Source: Octopus sinensis (lineage: Eukaryota). From it: a stretch of 64,000 nucleotides of DNA. Below are positions 39,980 through 52,572 of this stretch, piece after piece. The notes under the pieces were generated by a model. The model did no database searches. It had not been told where the DNA came from and was given only the letters and a program-made list of their open reading frames with translations. The stretch is from assembly GCF_006345805.1 (NCBI RefSeq), contig NC_042998.1, positions 21,886,001-21,950,000 of the forward strand, read 5' to 3'. Each line of letters starts with the position of its first letter. Position 1 is the first letter of the stretch. A program made the position numbers and the translations under genes.

Positions 39980-40905
39980 CATACTCACGCATTTACATAT
40001 GTGTATATATGTATATATATACATATATATATGTGTGTGTGTATATGTATATATATATATATATATTTGTATATAGTATAATATATATATGTGTGTGTGT
40101 ATATGTATATATATATATATGTGTGTGTGTATATGTATATATATATATATATTTGTATATATGTATATAGTATATATATGTGTTGTTGTATATATTATAT
40201 ATTTATATTTGTATATATGTATATATGTATATATATATGTGTGTGTGTGTGTGTGTTGTATATATATATATTGTATATATATATACATACACATATATAT
40301 GTATATATATATACACACACACACATACACACGTGTATGTATACGCATACATTCCTAGATCAATTCTTCCATCTTCTGGATCCTCGTTCTACTTTGAGAG
40401 AGCTTAGAATGTGCTGCGCTTTGCCAGCCACTTTGGAAACATTAAAAATGCGAGGAGAAGCGCGTTATCATCAACAGGCTCCAAAATCAGACGTGCGGTG
40501 CTCGTAGCTACAACTCTTCCCGTAAATCATTTCGGAGATTTAGCTGAAAGCAAGCCATAAAAATTTCGTAGAAAAGGAAATGAGGTAAAAGGAATTCCAG
40601 AAGGCTTAACGGTAACATCTGCTGGTAACTGAAGAAGAAGAAGAAGAAGAAGAATGCATCATTTCGTCACAGAAATGTTCTCCCCCCCCCCCCCTCCTTG
40701 CCTTGCCTTGCACCACGAGCAGCTTCTGATGATGAACTGAAATAGCTTGATTAATTTCTGTTTTCCTACTTTAATGCTATTTTCTGTAAGCTATATATAT
40801 ATAATATATATACATACATACATACATACATATATATATATATATTATATATTATATATATAACACACACATATACATATATATATACACATATACATAT
40901 ATATG

Positions 40906-40940
<35 letters not shown>

Positions 40941-41538
40941 CATATACATATATAATATGTATTATATAAAATATATATATATACATATATATATGTATAT
41001 ATATATACTATATATATGTATATATATATATATATGTATATATATACACACACACACACACATATATATACACATACATATATACATACATACATATATA
41101 TATATGTATATATATATGTACACACACATATATATATATAATACATATATATATTACACACATATGTATATATATGTATATATATATATATATATGTGCG
41201 TGTGTATGTCTTTGCATGTGATGCTGTGCGTTTGTGTTTGGTGGAAGCGTAGAAGACGAATTATTAGGCGGAATCTTAAGATTCATCATTCTGAGGATAT
41301 TCTGAAGTAGAGGAGCCTGCTTAGTCTTATCTCACGGCCTTCATTATTTTCCTGAATCTTCGAAGGATTTCGTACCCGTTTTTTTTTCTGCAAGGAAACA
41401 CCTCTTATTTTCTCTTTCCTTCCTCTCTCCCTGCCTCTCGTTCGTCTCTCTGTCTCCTCATCTCTCCCTCTTTGACACTTTCCATTTTACTTTCAAATAG
41501 GATTTAGAATCTGCTGCCAATTCTTTCTTTCTCTCTTT

Positions 41539-41571
<33 letters not shown>

Positions 41572-41684
41572 TTTCTTTCTTTCTTCTTTCTTTCTTCTTT
41601 CTTTCTCTTTTCTTTCTTCTTTTCTTTCTTCTTTCTTCTTTCTTTCTTTCCTTCCTTCCTTCCTTCCTTCCTTTCTTTCTTTCT

Positions 41685-42078
41685 TCTACTGTAGCCTTGG
41701 GGTGACAAAGCCTTGTGAATAAATTTGGTAGATGGAAACTGAAGAAGCCTGTCATATATATGTATATATATGTATATATACATATATATATATGTTTATA
41801 TATATATATATATATACATATATATATGTTTATATATATATATATATATATATACAATATATATATGTGTGCATACGTATATGCTTGTGTGTCTGTGTTT
41901 GTCCCCCCACCATTGTTTGACAATTAATGTTGATATGTTCACGTTCCTGTCTGGCAAAAGAGACTGATAGAATAAGTACTAGGCTTATAATGAATAAGTC
42001 CTGTGGTCGATTTGTTTGACTAAAGGCGGTGCTCCAGCAAGGCCGCAATTAAATGACTGAAACAAATAAAAGAATAAA
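41685..42078 (+). mobile_element. SINE family A, 5'-truncated
   Basis: gatggaaactgaagaagcc...gaataagtcc...aaatgactgaaacaa. Confidence 0.8.
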
Positions 42079-42356
42079 ACAAAAACACATATATGTTTAT
42101 ATATATAAATATATACATACATACATACATATATATATATATACATATATATACATACATAAATATATACACATATATATATAATATTTACCATATGAAC
42201 AGTGATGAAAAATATATGAGAAAGATATGGTATATGATATTTTTTTGTGCAGCAGTTCCTTGAGACATATAATTTATTTAAAGGGTTATGCAAGGGGAAA
42301 AAGGGTGAGAAACACTGCCCTAACCACTAAGCAACACACACAAACACACACAAACA

Positions 42357-42400
<44 letters not shown>

Positions 42401-42699
42401 GCCTTAAATCTCTGAATGAGCACAAAATCACACCCCTTCAGTACTACTCTTCCCTATCCTAGTTGAAGGGTTTTTGCTTTGCAAGATACTTCGTGACCCT
42501 ATTGGTGCTAGTGCCACTTAAAAAGCACTTAAGCTGGTGTCATGTTAAAAGCAACCAGTACACTCCGTAAAGTGGTGGGTGTTAGGAAGGGCATCCAGAT
42601 GTAGAAACCCTACCTAAACAGACAGTGGAACCTGGTTTGGCTCCTGGCTTTGCCAGCTCTTTGCAAACCCTCCAGATGATGCCAGCAAAGAACATTAAA

Positions 42700-43020
42700 T
42701 GACGATGATGACGATGATGATGATTATGATGACGATGATGATGATTATGATGACGATGATGATGATGATGACTATGACGATGATGATTATGATGACGATG
42801 ATGATGATGATTATGATGACGATGATGATGATTATCATGATGATGATGATGATGACGATGATGATGATGATGATTTTGATGACAATGATGATTTTGATGA
42901 CGATGATGATTATCATGATGATGATGAGGATAATTATGATGATGATTATGATGACGATGATGATGATTATTATGATGAGGATGATGATGACGATGATGAT
43001 GATTATAATGACGATGATGA
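42700..43020. repeat. (GAT)n array expanded from a family C tail (42475-42705)
   Basis: Directly follows ttaggaagggcatcc...gaacattaaatgacgatg. Confidence 0.85.
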
Positions 43021-43102
43021 CACGTTGATGCCGACGACGCCAACAACAACAACAATATATGTATATTTGAAAAATGGTTAGAATTTTCTGTACAAGTTAT
43101 TT

Positions 43103-43521
43103 TATATAAATAAACAACAAAAGGGATGAAAATACACCATAAATTTAAAACAGTCCTAATCATTTTGAATGAAAATAAAAGACAAATAACAGATGTTGGG
43201 TCTCATTAAGATGTATTAAATATTTTTAAAATTACATTCCAACCGATTTCCACTCAAAGAGCCGTTCAAGGTAATATTTAGAAATTCAGTAATTACTCTA
43301 TCTGCCTGTCTCCCTTGGTCAGTATAATGCTTAAAAACCCAAAATTCTCATTTTTCCTGGAATTGTTCTAAGTGTGTTAACCAGTTGGAATGTAATTTTA
43401 AAATATTTAATTTATCTACAGGAAATATAACATCTGCTGTTTGTCATTTAATTTATCCAAAAGGATTATAACAATTGTTGGAACTTTATTGTGTATTTTC
43501 ATCCTTATTTTTGTTTATATA
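43103..43521. repeat. Old, diverged long inverted repeat
   Basis: ggatgaaaatacac/gtgtattttcatcc; ttaaaattacattccaac/gttggaatgtaattttaa; cagatgtt/aacatctg. Confidence 0.75.
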
Positions 43522-43649
43522 TACATACATATATACATATATATACATATATATATATATATGAATGCTTACATCTATAAATATATGCATATGTACAGAG
43601 AGAGACATTGATTCAAATAAATAGATAAAAAACTTGAGTTTGAGCATAA

Positions 43650-44044
43650 TCTATCTATGTGTATAAAACTGAAGTTGTCTGTGTGTGTGTGGCAGGTTTG
43701 GTAGCCTTCAACTAACGCTATCTCCTCCGAGACCTTGCGGCACAAATTGACCAAAATTGAGAGTATGATAGAAGAAGGCTCGCTCTTCATTCCGTAGAAG
43801 AAAAAATTCAGATCAGACCAGGTTAACACCAAAAATTATTTACATCAAAAAGGTGCTTTTTTCTGTGAAAATCCCTCTTTTACGATTTTTTGACTGCTGT
43901 GTTGCCACTTTTCGGTGTATTTCAACCAGAAAAATGTTCACTCAAAGAGAACAACAAGCTACATAATGCAAAATTTTTACTTTTCAAAAATTCCAATTCT
44001 AAAGGACTGAAACAAACCCGAGTAACGCTGGGCTATACTGCTAG
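43650..44044 (+). mobile_element. Non-autonomous Helitron
   Basis: A|TC start, hairpin cccgagtaacgctggg, CTAG|T end; homologous to 19060-19318. Confidence 0.85.
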
Positions 44045-45396
44045 TATATATAAAATTGAGGTTGTGTGTGTGTAAACCCGCAGAACTTATGAAGTTCGCA
44101 ACTGATTTTCTCCAAATTGGGTACATACATTACTTATGTTCTAGAGATGGTTTTAGACTCTTAAAATTTTTCACATGGTGGGTAATGGAACCCCTGGGGG
44201 TGGGGTGGAAAACCCCCTTTCTTGGGGTATGTACAACTGCCTGCATGGTCCACGCACTGCTTCTGGTCAAACTGAAGAAGCAGCTACTGAAATGATATAA
44301 GTCGGTTGTATTAAATGGCTGAACAGATGAAGACTTCAAACTGAATTGTCTGAGTGCTAGCAATAATAGCCTGTTCCTGTAGTACCAGAGGAAGCATTTT
44401 AAGGGAATAAAGACCGTTTGGAATGCACTATGTTTATTATGAAAAATATGCTAAAGGCCTTGGTAGCGCAGTAGGCAGCACGCCAGTCTCATAATCAAGC
44501 ATAAAGTTAGAGGAATCTGAAGGTCGTGGGTTCGATCCTCACCTGGGGCACGTAACTTTTGTCCAACCCATGCTAGCATGGAAAACGGACGATAAACGAT
44601 GATGATGATGATGATGATCTTAAATCCTGAGCAACTATTCAGCTATTTTCTTTTAGCTTCAGTGTCAAATTCTTCCTTCTAAGCATAGAGGAAGCCCATA
44701 CAAATATTCATCGGCTATTGATTACAACCTGGAATATCGCATGTACATTAACCTAATAATTTATTGGTGTCTAAGACCCAACCACGTTAGTTAGAAACCG
44801 TGTTCTTAATGTGACTTTGCATGCCCAGAATCTGCATGTAGAATTGTTTTCATTTGGGAGCTGAGTTGTCTTTGCAATGGTCCCATGCTGTTTACATGAA
44901 AGAGTGCACAGTTGAGCCACGACTATTGATTCCAAACTGAAATATCACATGACTGTGTTGTTTTCAAGCGCTTCCTTGCCAATCCATACCCCTTTACCAT
45001 GTCATTTCTTTCATGTAGGTTTTCTCTCATGTGGTGCTGTTGAGCACGCCCACAGGCTTAATTTATCACACAGATGTAGTTCCTATGTCTGCTGATTGTT
45101 CAGCATGGTAGCGGCAGCAGTGCCGACAGGCGCAAAAGAGAGTATATCAACGGAGAGCATTTTGGAGCCTTCAAAAATCACATACCTGCCACCCACTTTC
45201 CCATGACAAGGTTAGGGCTTGGAAGCTTCCAAACAGACACATGTCATGTCACTTAGTCGAATTAGCCCTTCATTTACTCCACAAATGTTTTGTCATCAAT
45301 GCTGCAGTTCCCTGAATCACATGTTTCAACTTAACTGTACCATATATACAAAATATACCCTTTAAATCCTCGACCAACGCTGGGTATGTCTGCTAG
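44045..45396 (+). mobile_element. Larger Helitron-like element in tandem with the previous one, carrying extra sequence
   Basis: 5' tatataaaattgaggttgtgtg...caactgattttctccaaattgggtacatacat resembles 37550-37665; 3' cctcgaccaacgctgggtatgtctgCTAG|T. Confidence 0.65.
44457..44550 (+). tRNA. Elongator tRNA-Met(CAT) with a 21-nt intron (44494-44514); probably a pseudogene
   Basis: GCCTTGGTAGCGCAGTAGGCAGCACGCCAGTCTCATA-[intron]-ATCTGAAGGTCGTGGGTTCGATCCTCACCTGGGGCA closely follows the animal elongator tRNA-Met sequence; intron at canonical 37/38; TTTT at 44557; mismatches C11-A24 and C27-A43, three G:U pairs in the acceptor stem. Confidence 0.85.
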
Positions 45397-45496
45397 TATA
45401 TATATATGCATGTATCCACTTGAGAAGAGAAGGCAGAATTAAAATTTTCAGATGGTTAACAACCAAGTATAAATATATATATATATATATATATAT

Positions 45497-45531
45497 GTTT
45501 CCGATGAAGAGCTCCGCTCGAAACGTTAAAC
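45497..45531 (+). ncRNA. Minimal hammerhead-like motif (family F relative)
   Basis: gttt-CCGATGA-A-GAGC tcc GCTC-GAAAC-GTT-aaac. Confidence 0.55.
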
Positions 45532-45767
45532 CCTCCTTCTTTCCTGAGCATCCAATAATACTATATTTGTTCCACGTCCTGGCGTTGTTGTGTTTTTTTG
45601 TGCTTTCATGTTTGGATTATCTTTATAAATATATATATTTTTTTAATAGAGCAAACTTACTTAGATTACATAGATTCAAAGAATTAGTGTGGAAAAGGCG
45701 TTACATGTCTGACAGCTGTTTCTGAGTGATCAGAGTACTTCATATGTAACCTTTCTGCTGCACCCTG

Positions 45768-45819
<52 letters not shown>

Positions 45820-45946
45820 ATTCTACTTGAATAATGGAACTGCAAATACAATATTATGTATCTTACTTCTATTTTCATTCTTTTACTTCCCTCTGTATTT
45901 CATATCTTCTCTACAATAATTAATACTCAAACATTTTCTCACACCA

Positions 45947-45992
45947 TCTCTGATGAAGGAATATATAAAATATCTCAGAAACAGCTGTAAGA
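45947..45992 (+). ncRNA. Minimal type-I hammerhead-like motif with canonical core
   Basis: tct-CTGATGA-imperfect stem II-GAA-ACAGCTGT-A-aga; palindromic stem III, GUA triplet. Confidence 0.6.
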
Positions 45993-46520
45993 CCTTTTCT
46001 TTATAACTGTTTCAAAAAACTATTTACAGCCTTGGATTTTTTATCTCATTCTGTCAATTTATATATATATATATATATATATGCACGCATGGATTTGTGT
46101 CTCTGTTTGTCCCCCACCATTGCTTGAAACCAATGTTGGCTTGTTTACGTCTCCATAACAAAGCGGTCCAGCAAAATGGGAGCGATAGAATAAATACTAA
46201 GCGTACAAAGAATAAGTCCTGGAGTCACTTTGTTTGACTAAAGGCAGTGCTCCAACATGGGCACACTGAAACTAGTAAAAGAGTAAAATTATATTTTTAT
46301 ATTTAATTTTTTTAAAATTCAGACAGTAATGTGTAATATGAAAGAGATCTGGCTGCTATTTCTAGCTAGTTGAACAACCACATAGATACTCTTTTATTAG
46401 CTTGCGTAAGAAAAAATCCCATTTATTGATATGCATAGTAAACAATTTAGATTCATATTATTATGGGAAATTAATCTACAAAGACAAGTAAATTTAATCA
46501 TTATGTAACATAGCCTTTAG

Positions 46521-46786
46521 CCCTTTCAGCGATTGTGTTTCTGATAAAATACACGGCCTACACATGTTTCAATTTATTCAGAAAAATGATCAAAATTTTT
46601 CAAGGGATTTAGTAAAAGAGCTAATTCCGTCACGGAAAAACAACAAACCAACAAACAAAAAAGGGCTCTTACATAAAATTACAATGTAAAAGTTGTTTTT
46701 TTAAAATTTGAATATGAAAGCATTAAAATGGGAAATTTTGTATCATAAAACCAGAAATGGTTCCGGCTTTGTTAGCGTCAACAGGG
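46521..46786. mobile_element. piggyBac-type MITE
   Basis: ttag|ccctttcagcg ... cgtcaacaggg|ttaa. Confidence 0.6.
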
Positions 46787-46949
46787 TTAACAAATATATC
46801 CTCTCAGGGTTATACAAGAGCAGTCATCTATTATAATTTTATTATTATTTTTTTTTGTTACTTTTGTTCTGCCATTTTACATTTCTTTTTCCCGTGCTAG
46901 CATGAATGATCACAGCAGCAACGGCAGCATCCTTTACGAAAGAGCGTTA

Positions 46950-46983
<34 letters not shown>

Positions 46984-47046
46984 CAATATTGTTGTTGTTG
47001 TAGTTGTAATTTCAGTTGTTATAGTTGTTGTTTTTGCGGGTGTTAC

Positions 47047-47476
47047 TCCTCCTCTTCTTCTTCCTCTTCTTCTTCCTCCTCTTCTTCCTCCTCTTCTTCT
47101 TCCTCCTCTTCTTCCTCCTCTTCTTCCTCCTCTTCTTCCTCCTCTTCTTCCTCCTCTTCTCCTCCTCTCTTCCTCCTCTTCTTCCTCCTCTTCTTCTTCC
47201 TCCTCCTCTTCTTCCTCCTCTTCTTCTTCCTCCTCTTCTTCTTCTCCTCCTCTTCTTCCTCCTCTTCTTCCTCCTCTTCTTCTTCTTCCTCCTCTTCTAC
47301 TCCTCTTCTTCTTCTTCCTCCTCTTCTTCCTCCTCTTCTTCTTCCTCCTCTTCTACCTCCTCTTCTCTTCTTTCTCCTCCTCTTCTACTCTTCTACTCTT
47401 CTTTCTCCTCCTCCTCTTCCTCCTCCTCTTTCCCCTCCTCTTCTTCTTCTTCTTCTTCTTCTTCTTCTTCTTCTTC
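47047..47476. repeat. Polypyrimidine (TCC/TTC)n array
   Basis: Direct inspection. Confidence 0.95.
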
Positions 47477-48522
47477 TATTATCATTATTATTATTATCAT
47501 TGAGTGACAGAACAGTGCATACCATTATTATTATATGTCTGTCTCTGTATTGTCCCCCTCATCCTCCCCCTTGTGGCAAATAAATGACATCATCATCATC
47601 ATCATCATTATTTATATATATTTCAAGCAGTGACTTCCAGTGAACGTTAATTTACATTTCAATCATTAACTAACCACCAACCCCCTGCACTCCACCCTCC
47701 ACCCCCATCCCCCACCGAACCCCCAGCACCCACCCCCACTTTGTAATACTCTGTGCTTTCATTCTTTCAATTTTCGAAAAGCTATTTCTCATTTACTTAT
47801 TTATTCATTCTTTTCATTCATTCATTTTTTTCCTTCTTCCATACTTGCATGGATTGGCAGATTTATAACATGCTAGAGTAAAAAATTTTTATTCTGTTTT
47901 GTAATTGTTTGTATGTGTGTGTATTTGTGTATGTGTGTGTGTATGTGTGTGTATTTGTGTGTGTGTGTCTGTGTGTGTTACAATTCAATTCTCTTCCTGC
48001 TGTTAAATTTACTCAACTGTTAAGTAGGAATGGAAACTATTTCTGTCACTCAGGCAATCAAGTGCAAGCCTAGTTCTAACCTGTACTCAGGGGAACTGCA
48101 CACAATAGCTGAAGTAGTAAGGTTTGAACTCATGACCCCATCGTCAGTAGTTCAGAGCCTAACCATCACAGCCATTGTACCAGCAGCATAGTAGATGAAT
48201 ACATCGTAGTTCAACAAGGATATATATAATTCTGTGCAGGTTTGTAAAATGGTTCAGATAGACAATGTGTATTCTAGTTTTTGTGTGCTAACGTTTGCAG
48301 TTCCAGTCAAATATAAATATACAGATTTAAATTTGTGTCTTCATTATTTAGGTGCAGGCATGACAGTGTGTAAGAATTTTGCTTCCCAACTGCATGGTTC
48401 CAGGTTCAGTCCCACTGCGTGGCGCTTTGGGCAAGTGTCTTCTACTATAGCCTGGGGTTGAGCAAAGCCTTGTGAGTGGATTTGGTAGATGGGAACTGAA
48501 AGTAGCTCATCATTTTATATAC

Positions 48523-48552
<30 letters not shown>

Positions 48553-48553
<1 letters not shown>

Positions 48554-48710
48554 ACGGGAAGCTTTATGAAAATAGACAAAAGACGAAGGCAGGTTTACGG
48601 AAATAAACAAAAGACGAAGGCAGGTGGAATACAAACAAACAATTGTATTAGTATGGCGCTCAGGAAATATAAATGAAACAAGTCTTTAACGTTTCGAGCC
48701 TACGCTCATA
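48553..48710 (-). mobile_element. Family F repeat, truncated within the hammerhead-like motif
   Basis: Nearly identical to 6589-6745; breaks at gagcctacgctc. Confidence 0.75.
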
Positions 48711-48944
48711 TTAACTGTATTAGGAATGAGGAGCTTTGTTAGAGTAACTTACTAGATATTTTAAAAGTTTATTGTTAATGTATAACTCTTTTTGGTACCA
48801 ACTTACCTGAGGTAGCTTCTATATAAATTTTCTGTGATCTAAATTAAAATCTTTTAAATGTTAATTTATATTCCAAACATTAGCTTAATGAGTTAATTTT
48901 AACATTAAAAATCAATGCAACATCAAAAATCAATGGAAACTAGT

Positions 48945-49277
48945 TGTAATCCCTGGGCTGGTGGCACATAAAAAGCACCATCCGAATGTGGCCGATGCCA
49001 GCGCCGCCTTGACTGGCTTCCATGCCGGTGGCACATAAAAAGCACCATCCGAATGTGGCCGATGCCAGCGCCGCCTTGACTGGCTTCCGTGCCAGTGGCA
49101 CATAAAAAGCACCCACTACACTCATGGAGTGGTTGGCATTAGGAAGGGCATCCAGCTGTAGAAACACTGCCAGATCAGACTGGAGCCTGGTGCAGCCTTC
49201 TGGCTTCCCAGATCCCCGGTCGAACCGTCCAACCCATGCTAGCATGGAGAACGGACGTTAAACGACGATGATGATGA
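48945..49277 (+). mobile_element. Retroposon family C with 67-bp subrepeats
   Basis: ggcacataaaaagcacc at 48963, 49030 and 49097. Confidence 0.9.
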
Positions 49278-49630
49278 TAGGTACAGGACTGGGAATTGTG
49301 CCACCGACGGAGGGTGTAGTCCTGACCCAATGGAGGAACAATATTTGGTTTTCTCCAGAAAGTGAGAAGTAATAGGAAAGCTTGTGTGTGTGTGTGTTGT
49401 GTGTGTGTATCCTTGTCTAGATACCACAAGATAGTTGTAAATGAGCCTTGCCATCATACAAGTGATGTTATTCCCCCAGTCTTCTGCACGAAACATGTCT
49501 GGTTATGGGAAAATATTACTTTGCTTGCGGCCTGATGAGGGTTGGTGACAGCGAGGGCATCCAGCCACAGAAAATCTATGTCAACAACTTCCATCTGACC
49601 CTGTAGAAGCATGGGAAATGTTGACATCAA

Positions 49631-49931
49631 CCCATTAGCATTCAGATTATCCTGTCAAACGTAATACATATTTACTTACATTCTTCATCGTGGATTATCT
49701 CATAGCTTTGAGATTCTGATGACGTGATTACTCTTTTACTTGTTTCAGTCATTTGACTGTGGCCATGCTGGAGCACCGCCTTTAGTCGAGCAAGTCGACC
49801 CCGGGACTTATTCTTTGTAAGCCAAGTACTTATTCTATCGGTCATTTTTGCCGAACCGCTAAGTGACAGTGACATAAACACACCAGCATCGGTTGCCAAG
49901 CAATGCTAGGGGGACAAACACAGACACACAA

Positions 49932-49964
<33 letters not shown>

Positions 49965-50240
49965 CGACAGGCTTCTTTCAGTTTCCGTCTACCAAATCCA
50001 CTCACAAGGCATTGGTCGGCCCGGGGCTATAGCAGAAGACACTTGCCCAAGATGCCACGCAGTGGGACTGAACCCGGAACCACGTGGCTGGTTAGCAAGC
50101 TACTTACCACACAGTCACTCCTGATTGTTTAATTTAAAAATGACGTTGTCAGATAGGTGTGAGAGGCTGGATATAATCTGTTTCAGCATAAAGGATGTAG
50201 AGTATTTGGGCCGGATATGGCTGGTTTAAATTCTAAAGGG
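49631..50240. mobile_element. piggyBac-type MITE containing a SINE A insertion
   Basis: tcaa|cccattagcatt ... aattctaaaggg|ttaa. Confidence 0.7.
49730..50121 (-). mobile_element. SINE family A
   Basis: Colinear with other copies; TGATT on both flanks. Confidence 0.9.
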
Positions 50241-50793
50241 TTAAAATGATGACGATGAAGATGATGATGATTTCATTGGCTTAATATTGAGGGAGCTACT
50301 GTGCCCAAGGCATTTTAAAGCCCCTTTGAAGCAATATGATCAATGTGGTTTACACATTACAAAAGCTGACATTCTGGGAAGGAAGGAGCGTGGGCAATAC
50401 ATAGCACAGGCCTTTTGAGGTGGGGGTAGACATATAATACGGGGGTGAGAGGAAGAAATGAATGATTCAAGTGTGTTGTCTGAGAATAGTCAGCATTGAG
50501 GAGCAGGGGTCACTACACTGTAGGGCAAGGATAGTTACCATGCTTGAGGTTGGTGTGTGGGTGGGGGTGGAGATGGGGGGGGGTTCAAAGGACATCATAT
50601 TAATCAGTTGAGTGGTCATCTGGAGGCAGGGGATTCTGCAGTTCACTCTCATCTGGGGGAAGAATCCATTGTTCTTGCAAGACGGAATCTTTTTTAAATT
50701 TATTTCAACCATCAGAATTTTTTTTCAAATTTTCTACATCAATATAGTTTTGTATGCTGACAATAAAAATCCACATTAATTTTTTTTCAATAA

Positions 50794-50830
<37 letters not shown>

Positions 50831-51579
50831 GAGTTACGAGCCTTTTAAAGTTATGTAACTTTAACCAGTCAAAAACGTTCCATCGCTGACATACCGGAAC
50901 CGGTTCACTGTGCTCATGGCAGATGTTAGGAAAATCAAACCTCAGCTAAATCAAATATTTGGCAGAATCCTGGATCAGATTGTTTGGTGACTAAGGATGT
51001 TACACTCTACTTCCATTATAAAAGCCTGACCTGTCCAATGCCTGCTTGGACTATCAAACATTAAGACAATACACTGACATTGTTATTAGTCTTGTAATAG
51101 CTGTTACCATCATGATGATGATGATGATCATAATCATCATCATCACTGCTACCACTGTGGTCATTTTTTTTTGTTAAAGACAAGCTTTTAACCTAAAAAA
51201 AAGTCTCGCTAACATTTTTTAAAACATTAGCAAATGCAAAATTTCCGAGTTTTTTTTTCTCCCTAATTTATTTTCAAAAATTTCCATATTTTCTCCTTCT
51301 TCCTTCCTAAATGCTGACAATGATAATTCCAGAGTAATTTTTAATTATATAATCAATGACTAAAAATATTCTCTGATGGAGATTGATATCATAATGCAGC
51401 ACGATGTTCTGTTCTTTAGGCTCTGATAATTTTCACCGATGATTTGCAAATGTACTTTGATATTGATCTCACCAAGTTATTTTATATTACATAATGTTTT
51501 ATATATCAGTTCTATTTTAGCTTGTCTCATATTGATTATATTTCAATCAGGCAGAAGAACTAACACTGTTTGTGCAGAG

Positions 51580-52572
51580 AATTAGATTTGACTGGCATTT
51601 GTTTAATCGACTCTCCTTCTCTCCAACAAAGGATCAAACAAACACAAAGGTGACCTTGTTCAAACCTGAGAGGGGACCAAACCCAAAGCTGCCGGGTCTC
51701 ATTTCGTCCAATTCTGTCTCTTGTCTCCGGAATCTGCTTCTATAAAATTCTATTGATTTCTTCTACAGGCAAAACAAGATTCTACACTTTTGTAAGGGGG
51801 GAAGGGCTAAAGTTAACAGAATCTGTCCCAGCATATGTTCTGGGTCCTAGGGGGGATAAAAAGTGAAATTAATCCTCATTAGACATTGAGGCTTCAGAAC
51901 AGGGAGAAAAAATTAGATTTGACTGGCATTTGTTTAATCGACTCTCCTTCTCTCCAACAAAGGATCAAACAAACACAAAGGTGACCTTGTTCAAACCTGA
52001 AAGGGACGAAACCCAAAGCTGCCGGGTCTCATTTCGTCCAACTTCTGTCCCTTGTCTCCAGAATCTACTTCTATAAAATTCTATTGATTTCTTCTACAGG
52101 CAAAACAAGATTCTACACTTTTGTAAGGGGGGAAGGGCTAAAGTTAACAGAATCTGTCCCAGCATATGTTCTGGGTCCCAGGGGGATAAAAAGTGAAATT
52201 AATCCTCATTAGACATTGAGGCTTCAGAACAGGGAGAAAAAATTAGATTTGACTGGCATTTGTTTAATCGACTCTCCTTCTCTCCAACAAAGGATCAAAC
52301 AAACACAAAGGTGACCTTGTTCAAACCTTAGAGGGGACCAAACCCAAAGCTGCTGGGTTCATTTCGTCCAATTCTATCTCTTGTCTCCAAAATCTGCTTC
52401 TATAAAATTCTATTGATCTCTTCTACAGGCAAAACAAGATTCTACACTTTTGTAAGGGGGGAAGGGCTAAAGTTAACAGAATCTGTCCCAGTATATGTTC
52501 TGGGTCCCAGGGGGGATAAAAAGTGAAATTAATCCTCATTAGACATTGAAGCTTCAGAACAGGGAGAAAAAA
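51580..52572. repeat. Tandem triplication of a ~330-bp unit
   Basis: attagatttgactggc at 51581, 51912 and 52242; high identity between units. Confidence 0.95.

Noticed and set aside
46906-47583. 225-aa Ser/Leu/Pro-rich ORF
   Set aside because: Translation of a (TCC/TTC)n tract
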